The notes under the pieces are model-generated. The model was given only the letters and a program-made list of their open reading frames with translations. It ran no database searches and was not told the DNA's origin. From Azolla caroliniana (lineage: Eukaryota; Plantae; Polypodiophyta), in the NCBI GenBank assembly GCA_043228905.1, contig JBHGNT010000003.1, positions 12,276,001 to 12,340,000 on the forward strand: a DNA stretch of 64,000 nucleotides, written 5' to 3'. Both the position numbers and the translations under genes were made by a program. This document shows, piece after piece, positions 24,319 to 36,261 of the stretch (within the stretch, counting starts at the first letter, position 1; each line of letters opens with the position of its first letter).

Positions 24319-27300
24319 TTGGATTCGGATGACGAACAAACTGAGGAACCGGTAGTTAGAAACCAAGGACGGATATATACTCTCGGAGAGAGAACAACCC
24401 TCCAGAGATTTTTGGATGCAGAGCATGTGTTGCTACCCGATGAGGGGTAGCCGGAAAGCTTTGAAGAAGAAAAGAGAGACACCCACATCCGCAAGTGGTT
24501 GAGTGCCATGCAGGACGAGATGGATTCCATGCATGAGAACCACACATATGAACTGACGGAGTTGTCGAAAGGGAAGAGAGCACTCCGGAATAAGTGGGTG
24601 TACAACCGGAAACCCGCCGAGATACAAAGCCCAAATTGTAGTAAAGGGTTTCCAGCAAAAGAAGGGAGTAGACTTCAATGAGATTTTTGTCCTGGTAGTA
24701 AAGATGACGTCCATCCGGATGGTATTGAGCATAGCAGCAAGCATGGACCTTGAGGTAGAGCAACTAAACGTCAAGATGGCATTCCTACATGGCGACTTCG
24801 AAGAAGAGATCTACATGCATCAACTGGAAGGATTTGAGAAGAAATGGAAGGAGCACATGGTTTGCCGGCTTAAGAAGAGCTTGTACAGATTGAAGCAAGC
24901 TCCTCGGCGATGGTATCGGAAGTTTGACTCCTTCATGACCGACCAAGAGTACCAGAAGACGCAGGCCGATCATTGCGTGTTTTTGAAGAAATTTGACGGA
25001 GGAGATTTCCTGATACTTCTCCTATATGTGGATGATATGTTGATCGTCGGATGAGACCAAGGCAAGATTCAGATGTTGAAAAAGGCTCTGAACCGGACCT
25101 TGTCAATGAAAGACTTGGGTCCGGCAAGATAGATATTCAGAATGCACATCATCTGGGACCGGTCGGAGAAGCTGTTATGGTTGTCACAAGAGAAGTATGT
25201 GGCGAAGGTGCTTCAAAGGTTCAACATGTTGGAGGCAAAACCGGTGGGATCGACACTTCCGGAAAATTGCAAGTTGTCCGGAAAGCAAAGCCCAAAGACA
25301 AAGGAAGAGAAGATGGATATGATGAAGATACCATATGCCTCTGCAGTCGGGAGCTTGATGTATGCGATGGTGTGTACCCGACCGGACATCGGTTACACTG
25401 TAGTACTAGTAAGCCGGTTCATGAGCAATCTCGGGAAGAGAGCACTAGAACACGGTCAAGTGGATACTCCGTATTTGAAAGGAACCTGGAGTATGTGCCT
25501 ATGATTCGGCTCTAGTAAACCCCTCTTGGAAGGCTTCATGGATTCGGATATGTCGGTTGATACGGATACCAGCCGGTCTACATCAGGATACGTCATGACT
25601 TATGTAGGAGGAGTTGTATCATCGCATTAGAGGCTACAGAAGATGGTTGCGTTGTCAACCACGAAAGCGGAGTACATGGTAGATGTGGAAGCCGGCAAGG
25701 AGGTAATCTGGATGAAGGACTTCATCGGAGAGCTAGAAATCCAACAGGAGGAATACCGTCTCCACTACGATAGTCAAAGTGTCATCCACCTTGCAAAGAA
25801 CGCGGCGTACCACTCCAGGACAAAGCACATCCAATGGTGGTATCACTGGATCCGGGAGAGAGTAGAAGGTCAAGAGTTCGTGCCGACAAAGATCCACACG
25901 GACGAGAACGGGTCGGATATGTTGACCAAGGTGTTGACAATCGACAAGCTGGATGCGTGCTGAAAGTGGAATAAAGGGGGATATAGTTGGTAAATCAGTC
26001 CCTCCGGATGGGATCCGGTTATGAATAAAGAGGGCCCGGTGAGAGTCGAAAGAGATCCAGAAACCGGATCGGATAGGCCCGGTGAGAACCGGAAGAGATC
26101 CGGAAACCGGATCGGATGGACCCGATGAGAACTGAAAGAGAAGACATATTTGTAAATGTGTTGAGTAAGCCTATTGAGGCTATATTTGTAAATAGCCCTA
26201 AGTTCATATAAGTATAAATATGACTTAGGGCAATCACTTTATTGTGTTGACAGTGAAATGTTGTCATATTGTTGTATGTGGATAATTGGTGTATAGAAAA
26301 GAGTGAGTGAGAGAGACAGATACAGAGCGATACTCTATTGTAACTGCTGCTTGGCAAAGAAATAGAGCTCGAGGTCATTGCCTCCAAGTCTCTGATTGTA
26401 CCTTTCTCATATAATGATAGTTTGGGGTCTGTGATTTCCCATGCTTTTTTCCCTATTAGGTTTTTCCACGCAAACATCCTGTGTACTTTCCTTTGGTGTA
26501 CGAGTATTAATCTCTATTCCCATTTCTGTGTTTGATTCTCAAAGAAGTGATCTAATTCCCGGTTGTGGACGAGCGCTATTTTCCACACAATTCGTGCCAT
26601 TCTTCTCTTGGCACTTGCTCCCAGATCCTATGTATCGGTTGTTTCCTTGCCGGCCTTGGCTCGTTTTGTCGATTTTCCGAACTTGATGTTGGATATCGAA
26701 CGGCCAACCATCAAGCAAAGATCGGCTTCATCGGTTTTCCTTTCTGTACCCCCGTAGTTGCTCCTGGAGTGCGTCTGCTGTTAAGAGGCCCCAATCAAAA
26801 CTTTCCCCTTCATATGTTGTTATAATGAATCCTACTCGTTTTTTCGGCATATAATGAAACCTAGGACTTACAAAAGCAATTTGAAGCAAGATTTTGGCGA
26901 CTTCATGGAAGAGCTCGTCCTCCCCGCACTGTGTCTGATATGCATTGGTCGACGGAGAGTATTCTCCGAAATATGATCGTAGCATCTCATTATCCATTTT
27001 CTGAACTGCATCAAAACCCTCTTTTTTCAAGTTCATCAATCGACTTACCTGTTTGTTAGTTATCTTCGCAATGTCGATCCTCTAAATTACTTCTGTGGAG
27101 CGCGGATGCGGCTCCGAATCCGCCACTTTCAGATATCCCTAAAGTCCTTTGTTGCCCATCCACTGTCCGACCCGTTCTCCTCTATGTGAACCTTCATCAA
27201 TGTGAAGTCTTTCTCCTCTAGTCTCTCCCGGATCCAGTGGTACCTACGTTGGATGTGCTTGGTCCGGGAACGATAGGCCGCATTTGTTGTCTCCCTGGCC

Positions 27301-27689
27301 GGACTAGCCTCAACACAGGTGTCTATCCGACACTTCTCCAAAGGGGTGGTAAGGATTGGATGCTAGGTTACACGCGTAAGATGATTACTCTAAGCACAGA
27401 TGGTAAAACAATACAAAGATAAAGATAAACACGCAATTAATTATATTTGTATTACTTCCGTAAAGCATTTACAAATCATCGGATCCTTTTATAGGCATCC
27501 GGCAAGGTTACAATCGGTGCGCTTAGGCAACCGGCATCCGAATCGGTCCGGATCCGGATCGGTACAACTATACCGGATCCGTCCCTCCGAATAATAATTA
27601 TACTATTATTTACTTCCTATTATCCGATCCGACTCCGCCTTCCCACTTGTCCTTGCTCTTCTGACCGGTCAACACATGGCACGGCCGTG

Positions 27690-30600
27690 GGAAAGTGCCT
27701 TGCACTTCGAATCCACTCCCGGCCTCATTCTTCCTCCAAAATATCGAGCACACTCTGCTCGAAGGTGTCAAGTGGTGCTTCTTCCTCCAATTCCTGTTCC
27801 TTGCCTGCCTGGTCTCCGACCTCCGGTTGGGTTGGCTGTTCCGTAAAAATTTGCTGCTCCGGCTCTGCTTGATTCTGTGGTGCCGGTGCTTCCTCACCAC
27901 TCCGTCTGGGTTCTTCCTGTTCTTCCTCCGTTCTAGGTTCTGTTCTGTTACCAGTGTCGTTTTCTCCGGTCTCGACTGGTCGGTTCGGTGCGCCTTCTTC
28001 CTCTGCTTCGGTGTTTTCCGGTCTCAGCTCTTCGTCTTACCCGGCATCGGTCTGCACCTGCTCTTCTTGATTTTCTTGGAACAGAAGTTCTTCTTCGGGT
28101 ATTCCTTGTCGGGGTTGTTCGGTGTCGGTTGGTTCAGCTTCAGTCGGTCGCCCTCCCTCACTTATAGTGATTGGCGTCATTCTTCCCTCGGCTTCCTGTC
28201 GTAACCGGTCCTGCTCGTATTTCTCCAACTCCAACTGAGTTGCAAGCTGCCCGTCATCCAACCTCTCTACCAACCCTCGGATTTCTTTGAGATGTTCTTC
28301 CGCTAAAGCGTAGAAATCCTCCGACAATTCTTCCCGAATGGCGACGATACTTTCTTCATCCATCTTGTAGAACTTGTCACCGGTCTTCCTCTGATTCTCG
28401 GCATCAGCTCGGAGTGTCTGCAGCTCGGCTGCCTGTTGTGACCACTCCTTCCATAGCTTTTCCGTACTTTCGTTGATGCTTGCCTGAGCACGGGTACTCC
28501 AACATGACATGATGAGCTTGATACGGTCAACCCCCGCTTTAGCATGCGCATAAGCTTCTTGCTTTTCCTTCCTTGCCCGTTTTATAATGTCGGCCATTAT
28601 CTGAGCCTGGGCTTCGTAATCTGCTTTCTGCTTGTCATAGGCACTTTGCAGTTTGTTGATCGTGAAGGTCAATCTTTCCTTTTCTTCATTCCTGATCTTG
28701 GTCAGATCCAGCTTTTCCCGCCTTAGCGCCTCTAATTCCTTCCTTCTCTCCGTCGCTTGGGTTGTTTCCTCCGACAATGCTTCCTTTTTGGCACTGACCT
28801 CGTCCATTGGCTTAGCCAGGTCTAATCGGGTCTCTTTGAGTTGTTCTTTCAGCTTCTCTATTTTCCGGTCGTAGTCTGTTGCCCGTTTGTTGTTGTTCGA
28901 CTCGGCCTGCTTGTGATCTCGGTAGAGTCAGTCGAAGTCCTCCGTCTTCTACTTCAGGCGTCGGCTTACCTGAGCTCTTAACCGGTCGTCTCGGTCCTTC
29001 TGTTGTCGGAGTTCTTCCTGCAGTCGTTCTATCTCCTGCTCGGCCTGTCGACGCAGTCGGTCCTTCTCCTTTTGCAGCTTCTCTTTTTCTTCTTGCAGTC
29101 GGTCATTAGTGGCTCGGCCTTTCCGGAGGCCTTCTTCCATTTTCCGTCTGTCGTCCTCCACCGCTTTCCACTGCTCCCTTTCTTTTTCCCTTAATGCCTC
29201 CTGAGCTTTTAACTCCTCTCGTAAGGTTTCTATTATTTTTTCGGTCTCAGGGCCGGTTTGCAAGGCTACCGGTTCCGGTTCCAGTTCTGGTTGCTTCCTT
29301 GTTGTCCCGACCGGCTCGGTGACAACTTGTGCTTGTTGAATTCCTTCCCTCACCTGCAACAGCTCCCCTTGCAATTCTTGGATTTGTGTTCGGAGCGCGA
29401 CCAACTCCTGGGTTGTTGTATGCGTCAGGTGTTGCCTACACGTTTCTTCTTCCTCTAACTGGTCCGCTACTCCCGATACCTGCTCCGAAAGCCATCTCAG
29501 CCATTGTGGCTTTGTGCTTCCTGTGTCGGAGTAGCATTGCTCACTTCTACTCCTTAACTCAGGCTGTTTTTCCGGCCTTTTCTCTAGCTCCGGCGCTTGT
29601 TCATTCCTCTTCTCTGGAATGACCGGTTCTCTGAAGTCCGGCAAAACCGGTGTCGGTACTGCTTCCCTCGGTATGGGTTCCGGTACTGCTTCCGCCCCGG
29701 CTACTGGAGGTGGTCCTTGCGCCCTCTGTTGAGTTCTGTCAACTAGTGGAGCCGGTCCTCTCGCCCGTCTCTCCCGACCTTGTCTTGCTGGGAGTCTTAC
29801 CAGTGGTTCGGATGAGTCTTCAGCTTCAGCTTCCTCCTCCGGTGCGGCTACCAGACGGACCTTTTGTATAAAGACCTCTGGTTCCGGTTCCGGCCGTCGC
29901 AGCGTTATATTGATTGGTTTGAGCGCTACCGGTTCCTCCTCGGCCGGTTTTCCTTTGCCTTTTCCTGCCGGTTTTGCCTTTGTTGCCGGTTCTTGTTGCT
30001 GTCGGGATGGTCCTTCCTCCCGCTGTTCTGCTTCTTCCTGGGTCCATCCAGGGGTGTGTTTTTCCAGGATATGTCGGCGCTTTGTGACCTTTTTCGGCGT
30101 CGTCTCCTGCCGACCTCTTTTCTTTTGTTTGATGGGGAGCACCGGTGGGACTAACACCGTTAGCCATTGTGCTATCCCTGCCCATGGCTTTTTTCCTTCC
30201 ACAAGGTTCTTGATGGCCTCCTTCAATTCTTCGGTTATGAAATGGAGCCAGTCCACTTGTAATCCTTCGTACGTTGCAATTAGGAACGTTGCCCGGTACC
30301 TGGCTATGGCCGGGGGACGAGAATTCACGAATCCGTATTCCATCATGGCGCGGGCCACTTCTCCGAACCGCAGGTTCTCTCCCCCTGTGTTCGGTACGCC
30401 TTGCTGCTGATGGAATACTCACCGAAATATTCGAACAGGATTTGACTTGAAGGGTTTTCGATCATTTGAAGTCCTCCTGCTTTTATCCCTGTGAGCGCCT
30501 GCACCGCTCCTTCCGTGATTTCTGATAAATCAATCGATGCTGCCGCCTACTCTAGTTCTGTGTGTGGTGGAGCGTCGGCGATCCGCAACAATCCTTCTAA

Positions 30601-30846
30601 CCCGTTCTCCATCATCCATTGGTGTGCCTCTTCCGACAGTGCCATTGGTTCGAATTCTTCTTCTGCTGTCTGTTGTTCGGGATCGGGATGTGTGTACGCT
30701 GTGCGTCGGATCGCTCTTCTGTGCTTCTGCGCCTGTGTGTAGGAAAATTCGTAAAAAGTAAGTCCTTCGCAGGCCTGTGTCTTATATAGTGGCTTTTGCC
30801 TCGAGCCGCCCTTTTTCGTTTCCCGCGCATGTCTATCTCCCGCCAT
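27690..30846 (-). pseudogene. G2 accessory ORF (fragmented coiled-coil protein)
   Basis: ORFs 30547-30846, 28949-30358 and 28037-28807; shares FLIATYEG..DW and W..QAAELQ.L.AD..N....G..F.KM with G1. Confidence 0.85.
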
Positions 30847-31051
30847 AATTAGTATGTCCTTTCTTGCTTGCCGCGTGTGAGTAATACCTCGTACGTCGGT
30901 GCCCACGTTCTATGCTTTAAATAGCAAGTACGCGCACGTCCTCCTTTACTGCATGGCGCCTCTTCGTTGCATGGTGGCGCTCCCACCTCTTGTGATCTCC
31001 CCATCATTACTATGATTTTTTTTTTTTTCCTTTCTGTTTGTTTGGACCACG

Positions 31052-33088
31052 TCATTTTCTAGTCCACCCCGATTTGTTCGGTTCGGTTCGCGCTGATACC
31101 GGATCCTTCTGTCGGTTTTCCGGGATAGTCTTCGTCAGTATCGGTGTCGGTTCTTCCTTGGTCCGGATATCTGCAGCAGCGTCTGTCGGTGTCGGTTCCT
31201 CATCGTGCCGGATTTCCGGGTCTTGCTTGAACGGGTTGGCTAGCATATTTCCCTTATACGGCTTTAGCCGAAACCCATTTGCCCACTTACCGATGACTTC
31301 TCCAGACAACGTGCCGAGCTGATATGACCCATTGTACTCCTTGGTGATCCAGAACGGTCCGGTCCACCGAAACCGCAACTTTCCCGGCATGTTCCCCATC
31401 CGTGTCTGGAACAGTAGCACCGGTTTCCCGGCTTCGAACTCCTTTTCGTTGCCACGCCGGTGTCGGTCCATGAAAGCTTTTCTCCTCCTTTGCTCCAGTT
31501 CGAGTTGTAGTAAGCTGGCTATTCGGTTTTCTTCTAATTCCAACAACGTCGCCAGCCGGATTTGTTCGGACTCCTTCTCACCGGATCAGTAAGCTGGGGA
31601 TCTGGAACTCTACCGGCATGACCGCTTCTAAACCGAATACTAGTCGGAACGGGGTTGTCCGGATGCTGGTTTTGTACGTTGTTCGGTACGCCCATAGCGC
31701 GCTCTGCAATTTCGTATCCCAGTCGGTCCGGTTCTCGTTGACGATTTTTCGTAGGATGTTCTGCAAAGTTTTGTTCGTCGATTCCGCTAGTCCATTGGCT
31801 TGAGGGTAGTAGGGAGTACTCCTTTTATGTACCACCGCGTAAAATGACGTCAGGCTTTCTACTACCTGCCCGAGAAAGTGCCCTCCTTGGTCACTTATAA
31901 GCTCGATCGGGCATCCATACCGGCACCATATGCACTCGTACAAGAACTTTTCTGTGGACACGGCCGTGTTGTCCCGTAAGGCCTTCGCTTCTACCCATTT
32001 GGTGCAATAGTCGGTCACCACTATGACATACCGATTTCCGGTTCGCATTGCCGGTGGCTTGAAGGGACCGACAAAATCCAAACCCAACTTTTGAAACGGT
32101 TCCAATGGCAAGACCGGGTGGTGTGGCATCCGGGTCTTCTCCGTGGGTTGGCCCAGTCGTTGACACAAATCGCATTCTCTGCTATACTTCACGACATCTT
32201 TTAGGGTGGTGGGCCACCACAGTCCGCTCTGCCATATTTTCCGAGCCCGGCATAATGCCCGCCGGCAATTCCACAATGGGCTTCCCTGAGGATTAGATCC
32301 TTCTCATCGCTCTGCATTGCTTGTCTCCAGATGCCATCTGCCCCCTTGTGATAGAGGGTGTCTCCAACCAAGCAGAAATGTCTGCTTCTTACTGCTACCC
32401 TTTTCCTTTCATCGCGGTCCATGTTCTCCGGGGGTACTCCGGTGCTCAGGAACTAATGCATCTCAGTTAGCCACGTGTCTTCATCGGCTACCGTTGCATC
32501 CGTTGCCGGTTCCGTCGTGATCCGGAACAACTCGGCGTCGGGGAACTCATCCTGGACGCCGTCCCCTGCTTCTCCGGATTCGAGTCTGCTTAGGTAGTCC
32601 GCTACCGCATGTTGCGCCCCGGGTCGGTGGAAAATGTCGAATTCAAATTCCTGTAACAGCAGTGTCCATCGTGCAATTTTTCCCGTCAGGGATGCCTTCG
32701 AGACCAGGTAGAGTAGTGCCGAATGGTCCACATGGAAGGAAAACTTCCTTCCGAGCAGATAGTGCCTGTACTTTGTGACACTATACACCATTCCTAATGC
32801 CTCGCGTTCCGTCGTAGAGTAGTTCCGTTCGGCTTTTGAGAGTTTCCGGCTTGCGTAGTACACCGGTCGGTACCATTTCGGCTCCGTGAGTTGCATCAGA
32901 ACGCTGCCGATTGCTACGTCCGACGCGTCGACGAAGATGTGAAAACTTTTACTCCAATCCGGCGGTTACACCACCGGAGCTTGCGACAGCATAACCTTCA
33001 ACGCTTGGTAGGCTTTTTCCTCCGTCTCCGCCCATAGGAAGGGTACCCTGTGTACGGCGGCATGCAATGGTGTAGTGAAGTCTGCGAG
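31052..33088 (-). pseudogene. pol: G2 RNase H and integrase (degraded)
   Basis: ERNYSTTEREALG, GLDFVGP, YYPQANGLAE, GKLRFRWTGPF. Confidence 0.92.
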
Positions 33089-33819
33089 TGTTAATCGGCT
33101 AATTACTAACTACTACCGATACAGAAGAGTGAACGTCGCTACTCAACGTTCTAACAAGGAATTGTGTTTTACGAACAAAAATATACTATATTAATCGGTA
33201 ATTACCGTGATCGTTACTTAGTTATAAATTAGGAAGCTTGCACTTAAGAACATAGACAATAGAAAGAACACAGAATCCGTACATGATATTCCTAACTTAA
33301 ACTTATATTACTAAATAAATGACCTTTCTTACAATGCCTTCGGTTCCCTTTTATAGGTATACCGAAGGTCTTTTCTCATCAAGAACTATTCCTACTTACT
33401 ATCAAGAATTACAAAATTATCTAACTAACTTAGTTCTCTTCGTTCACTGCTGAGTCATCGATCCGAACAGTCGATCCGAACCGACTCCGTTTTCGACGCT
33501 TTCCCACTTGTTCGGTAAAACTGACTGTCCGGGTCCGGGTAACACTTGGCACGTCCGTCGGCCAGGACCTTGTCCAACGAACCCACGCCTATTCCTGTAG
33601 CTCTTCATCCGAATCGTTCAGAATATAAAAAATCGAAGGCTCTCCTGGCCTTGTATGTATTCCATCTATATCTTCCTCTTCATCTTCATCTTCATCTTTG
33701 TCACAGTCTTCATTCGGAGCAGGTTTTGAATGTTGTGATTCGGTTGGCTGCTTTGGTTCACTTCTTCCGGGAGCTTGAAGACCAGGAGTCTTGCTGGTTC
33801 TTTCGGCTTCGATTTTATC

Positions 33820-36261
33820 CTACTGGACGGAAGTACCTATATCATTTTTGTCGAATTCTTGCATAATACGTTGAATTTCTTCTCTGTAAAATGCCGCAAT
33901 TTCGTCCATATCTTTCATGATATCCTCTTGGATATTGTCAATATCCTTTTGTGCCATTTTAAAAAAACCTGCACCTTGGACCTGACGGTTATTTTTGTCG
34001 GCACGCAATAACTGTAATTCCGCCACTTGTGCCGTCCATAACTTCCATCCTTGCGCAAGGGATTCGTCGATCATTTTCTTTGCTAGGTTTCGATGTTTCC
34101 CTATGATGTGCTGCACTTTGTCCTTAGTGATGCTTGCGTCGAATTGAGCGGCTTGCAACTCTTTCCGTAAATCCGTAATGGTGGCTCGGTTTTCACTTTC
34201 AGCCTGCATTAGTTTGGATTCGACTACATATATGTCTAACCGCCTTTGTTCCGATATCTTCCGGATTTCGTTCAGTTGTTGTTCGAATGCAGATTTCTCT
34301 TTGCTCCATTCCTCCTGCTGTTCCGTAATTCTTCTGTTGACTTCTTCAAGACTCCGCTCTTTTTCTGTCAATTGACTTTCCTGTGACACTATATACCTTT
34401 CGAATTCCTCAATTTGTTCGGTATATGTATGATTGGCCGTCTTAGCTTCTTCCAGATTTTTCTGTAATTCGTTTATTAATTGATTTTTTTCTTCGAGAAC
34501 TTTGTATTGGCCATTCTGAATGGTTTCTATTTGTTTTTCTAATTCTATAGTTCGAAATACAGCATTGTTGGCCCTTGTTGTTTCTGCTTGACGTGCTTTC
34601 TCGGCGTCCTCCAATTTCTGCTGCCATTCTGACTCCGACGCCATAGGTCGTGCCTGTGTTCCCGATTTGTTTAGACTTTCTTTTAGTTCTTTATTTTCTG
34701 CCTGTATGTTACAAAACTGACGTTTCAGCACCTCCGCCAATGCTGATACACTTTTGTATCTTTCAGCCATATCACTGGCTGCTTTGCGTGCCTTTTCATA
34801 TTCTCTATGAATTTCGACCAGTGCTTCATGTAATGGTGGCATTTCAATAGCCTCCCCTCTATTCTGTGCATTTCTTTTCCGACCGATTTTCTCTATCTCT
34901 GCTTTTTCTTGAGGTTCCAACACTCCTCGTAAGGAATTCTGTATCATTATTCGGTCATGTTGTTCTTGAGCCAGCCATTCTGATACTTCTGTCAATCTTC
35001 TAGCCAACCATTCAACCAGTTCGTATGAAGTTCCGAACTGTAAAATGGCAGCTAATTCATGTGCTGCTGGTGGAATATCCAAGCACCCATGTGCTTCCCG
35101 AATTGCTACTTTTGAAGATTGTCCTTGTTGAAGTTGTGTCGAAACGCTCTCATTCCCTGGTTTTATTACTTCTGTTACTACAGGCGTATTCGAATTTTCC
35201 TTTGTGCGTTGCCTTTTCGGTGCTGACTCATCACTGTTTTCTGGTTGGAATTGCCGATTAGCCTTTTGTTTAACCCTTGTCCTTTGTGGCATCTTCTCTG
35301 CTTGTTGTCGATTTTCTGTCGACTGCTGCTTGTTTATCAAATGGTCAACTGTTTCTTGTTCGGCTGCTAGTTGCCTGTTTTCGGAATTCTCTGGTCTTGG
35401 TGGTTCCGACTGAGGCATTTCCATTTGTATATTATCGGCATGTGTCGATTCTTCCTCTATCCATTCTTCATGTGCTACCTGTCGGTGTCTTCGAGGTGCT
35501 TGTACTATCGGTGGTCTTCTTGATTGAACAGGAATTTCCGATTCTTGAATCGGAAACAATACCGATAGCCAACGACCAAAAATTTGCTTCATTGGTTTTC
35601 CTGTTTTTACCCCTTGTAGCTGCTCTTTCAGAGCTTCCCCCGACAATAGTGGCCAGTTGAAATCCTCTTTTTCGTATGCGGCTATGATAAACCCAGCCCT
35701 GTTTTTCGGCATACAATAAAAACGAGGACTGACAAATCCCACCTCTAGTAAAAATCTAGCCACTTCATGGAAAAACTCATCCCGACCTCCATAAGTCTGA
35801 TATGCTTTTGCCGAGGGTGAGTATTCTCCGAAATACGATTGGAGTGCTTCTGATGAAGGTTTTTTAACTGCATCAAAGCGTCCTATTGGCATCTGTAATG
35901 CATTTCGTATTTTCTTTGTGGTGACCTTGGTGATGTCTAATTGTTGTACCAATTCTTCCGCCTGCGGATGAGGTTCCGTTTCTGCTACTTTGATGAAACC
36001 TTGTAAGTTTCTCTCATGAAGCCACAGTCGCAGTTCTTCAGACACAGGAATCGGCATGACTTCTGTGTTTGCTTGTTCTGAATCACTTGTCGATGACGGT
36101 TGGAAATCTGCACAGCTTCTGTAGCGATGAAAATCAGAAAAACAGAGTTTGGGCGAGCTAGGGCACGAAGGCTCAGAATGTTTCGAGATCTGCACTCGTT
36201 TCTGTTGCTTTGGCGACACAGAAGATAGAGAAATATGCTTTAAAGATATTAACTTATGCAT
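33820..36261 (-). CDS. G1b accessory ORF, ~813 aa from the first ATG (premature TAG trims the C-terminus); function unknown
   Basis: Uninterrupted ORF 33820-36336; globular N-terminal domain, disordered linker, long E/K/Q-rich coiled coil. Confidence 0.85.
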   Translation of the reverse strand: MHKLISLKHISLSSVSPKQQKRVQISKHSEPSCPSSPKLCFSDFHRYRSCADFQPSSTSDSEQANTEVMPIPVSEELRLWLHERNLQGFIKVAETEPHPQAEELVQQLDITKVTTKKIRNALQMPIGRFDAVKKPSSEALQSYFGEYSPSAKAYQTYGGRDEFFHEVARFLLEVGFVSPRFYCMPKNRAGFIIAAYEKEDFNWPLLSGEALKEQLQGVKTGKPMKQIFGRWLSVLFPIQESEIPVQSRRPPIVQAPRRHRQVAHEEWIEEESTHADNIQMEMPQSEPPRPENSENRQLAAEQETVDHLINKQQSTENRQQAEKMPQRTRVKQKANRQFQPENSDESAPKRQRTKENSNTPVVTEVIKPGNESVSTQLQQGQSSKVAIREAHGCLDIPPAAHELAAILQFGTSYELVEWLARRLTEVSEWLAQEQHDRIMIQNSLRGVLEPQEKAEIEKIGRKRNAQNRGEAIEMPPLHEALVEIHREYEKARKAASDMAERYKSVSALAEVLKRQFCNIQAENKELKESLNKSGTQARPMASESEWQQKLEDAEKARQAETTRANNAVFRTIELEKQIETIQNGQYKVLEEKNQLINELQKNLEEAKTANHTYTEQIEEFERYIVSQESQLTEKERSLEEVNRRITEQQEEWSKEKSAFEQQLNEIRKISEQRRLDIYVVESKLMQAESENRATITDLRKELQAAQFDASITKDKVQHIIGKHRNLAKKMIDESLAQGWKLWTAQVAELQLLRADKNNRQVQGAGFFKMAQKDIDNIQEDIMKDMDEIAAFYREEIQRIMQEFDKNDIGTSVQ

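Larger units (their letters stand above)
11852..26589 (+). mobile_element. Copia B, full-length degraded element interrupted by G1a
   Basis: LTRs 11852-12622 and 25985-26589; TSD ATTCA/ATTCG; PBS TGGTATCAGAGC 12626-12637; gag from 12652; integrase VHTD|V split at 14147/23491; RT and RH to ~25963. Confidence 0.9.
11400..27165 (-). mobile_element. G3: 3' fragment of an accessory-ORF gypsy (3' LTR ending 11685; accessory ORF remnants 11687-11851 and 26595-27165), interrupted by copia B
   Basis: LTR shares TTTTATAGGT..CTCATCAAGAACTAT with the G1 LTR; ORF 26728-27039 (YFGEYSPS..ELFHEVA) is homologous to the G1 accessory ORF; continuous across the copia B TSD. Confidence 0.75.
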
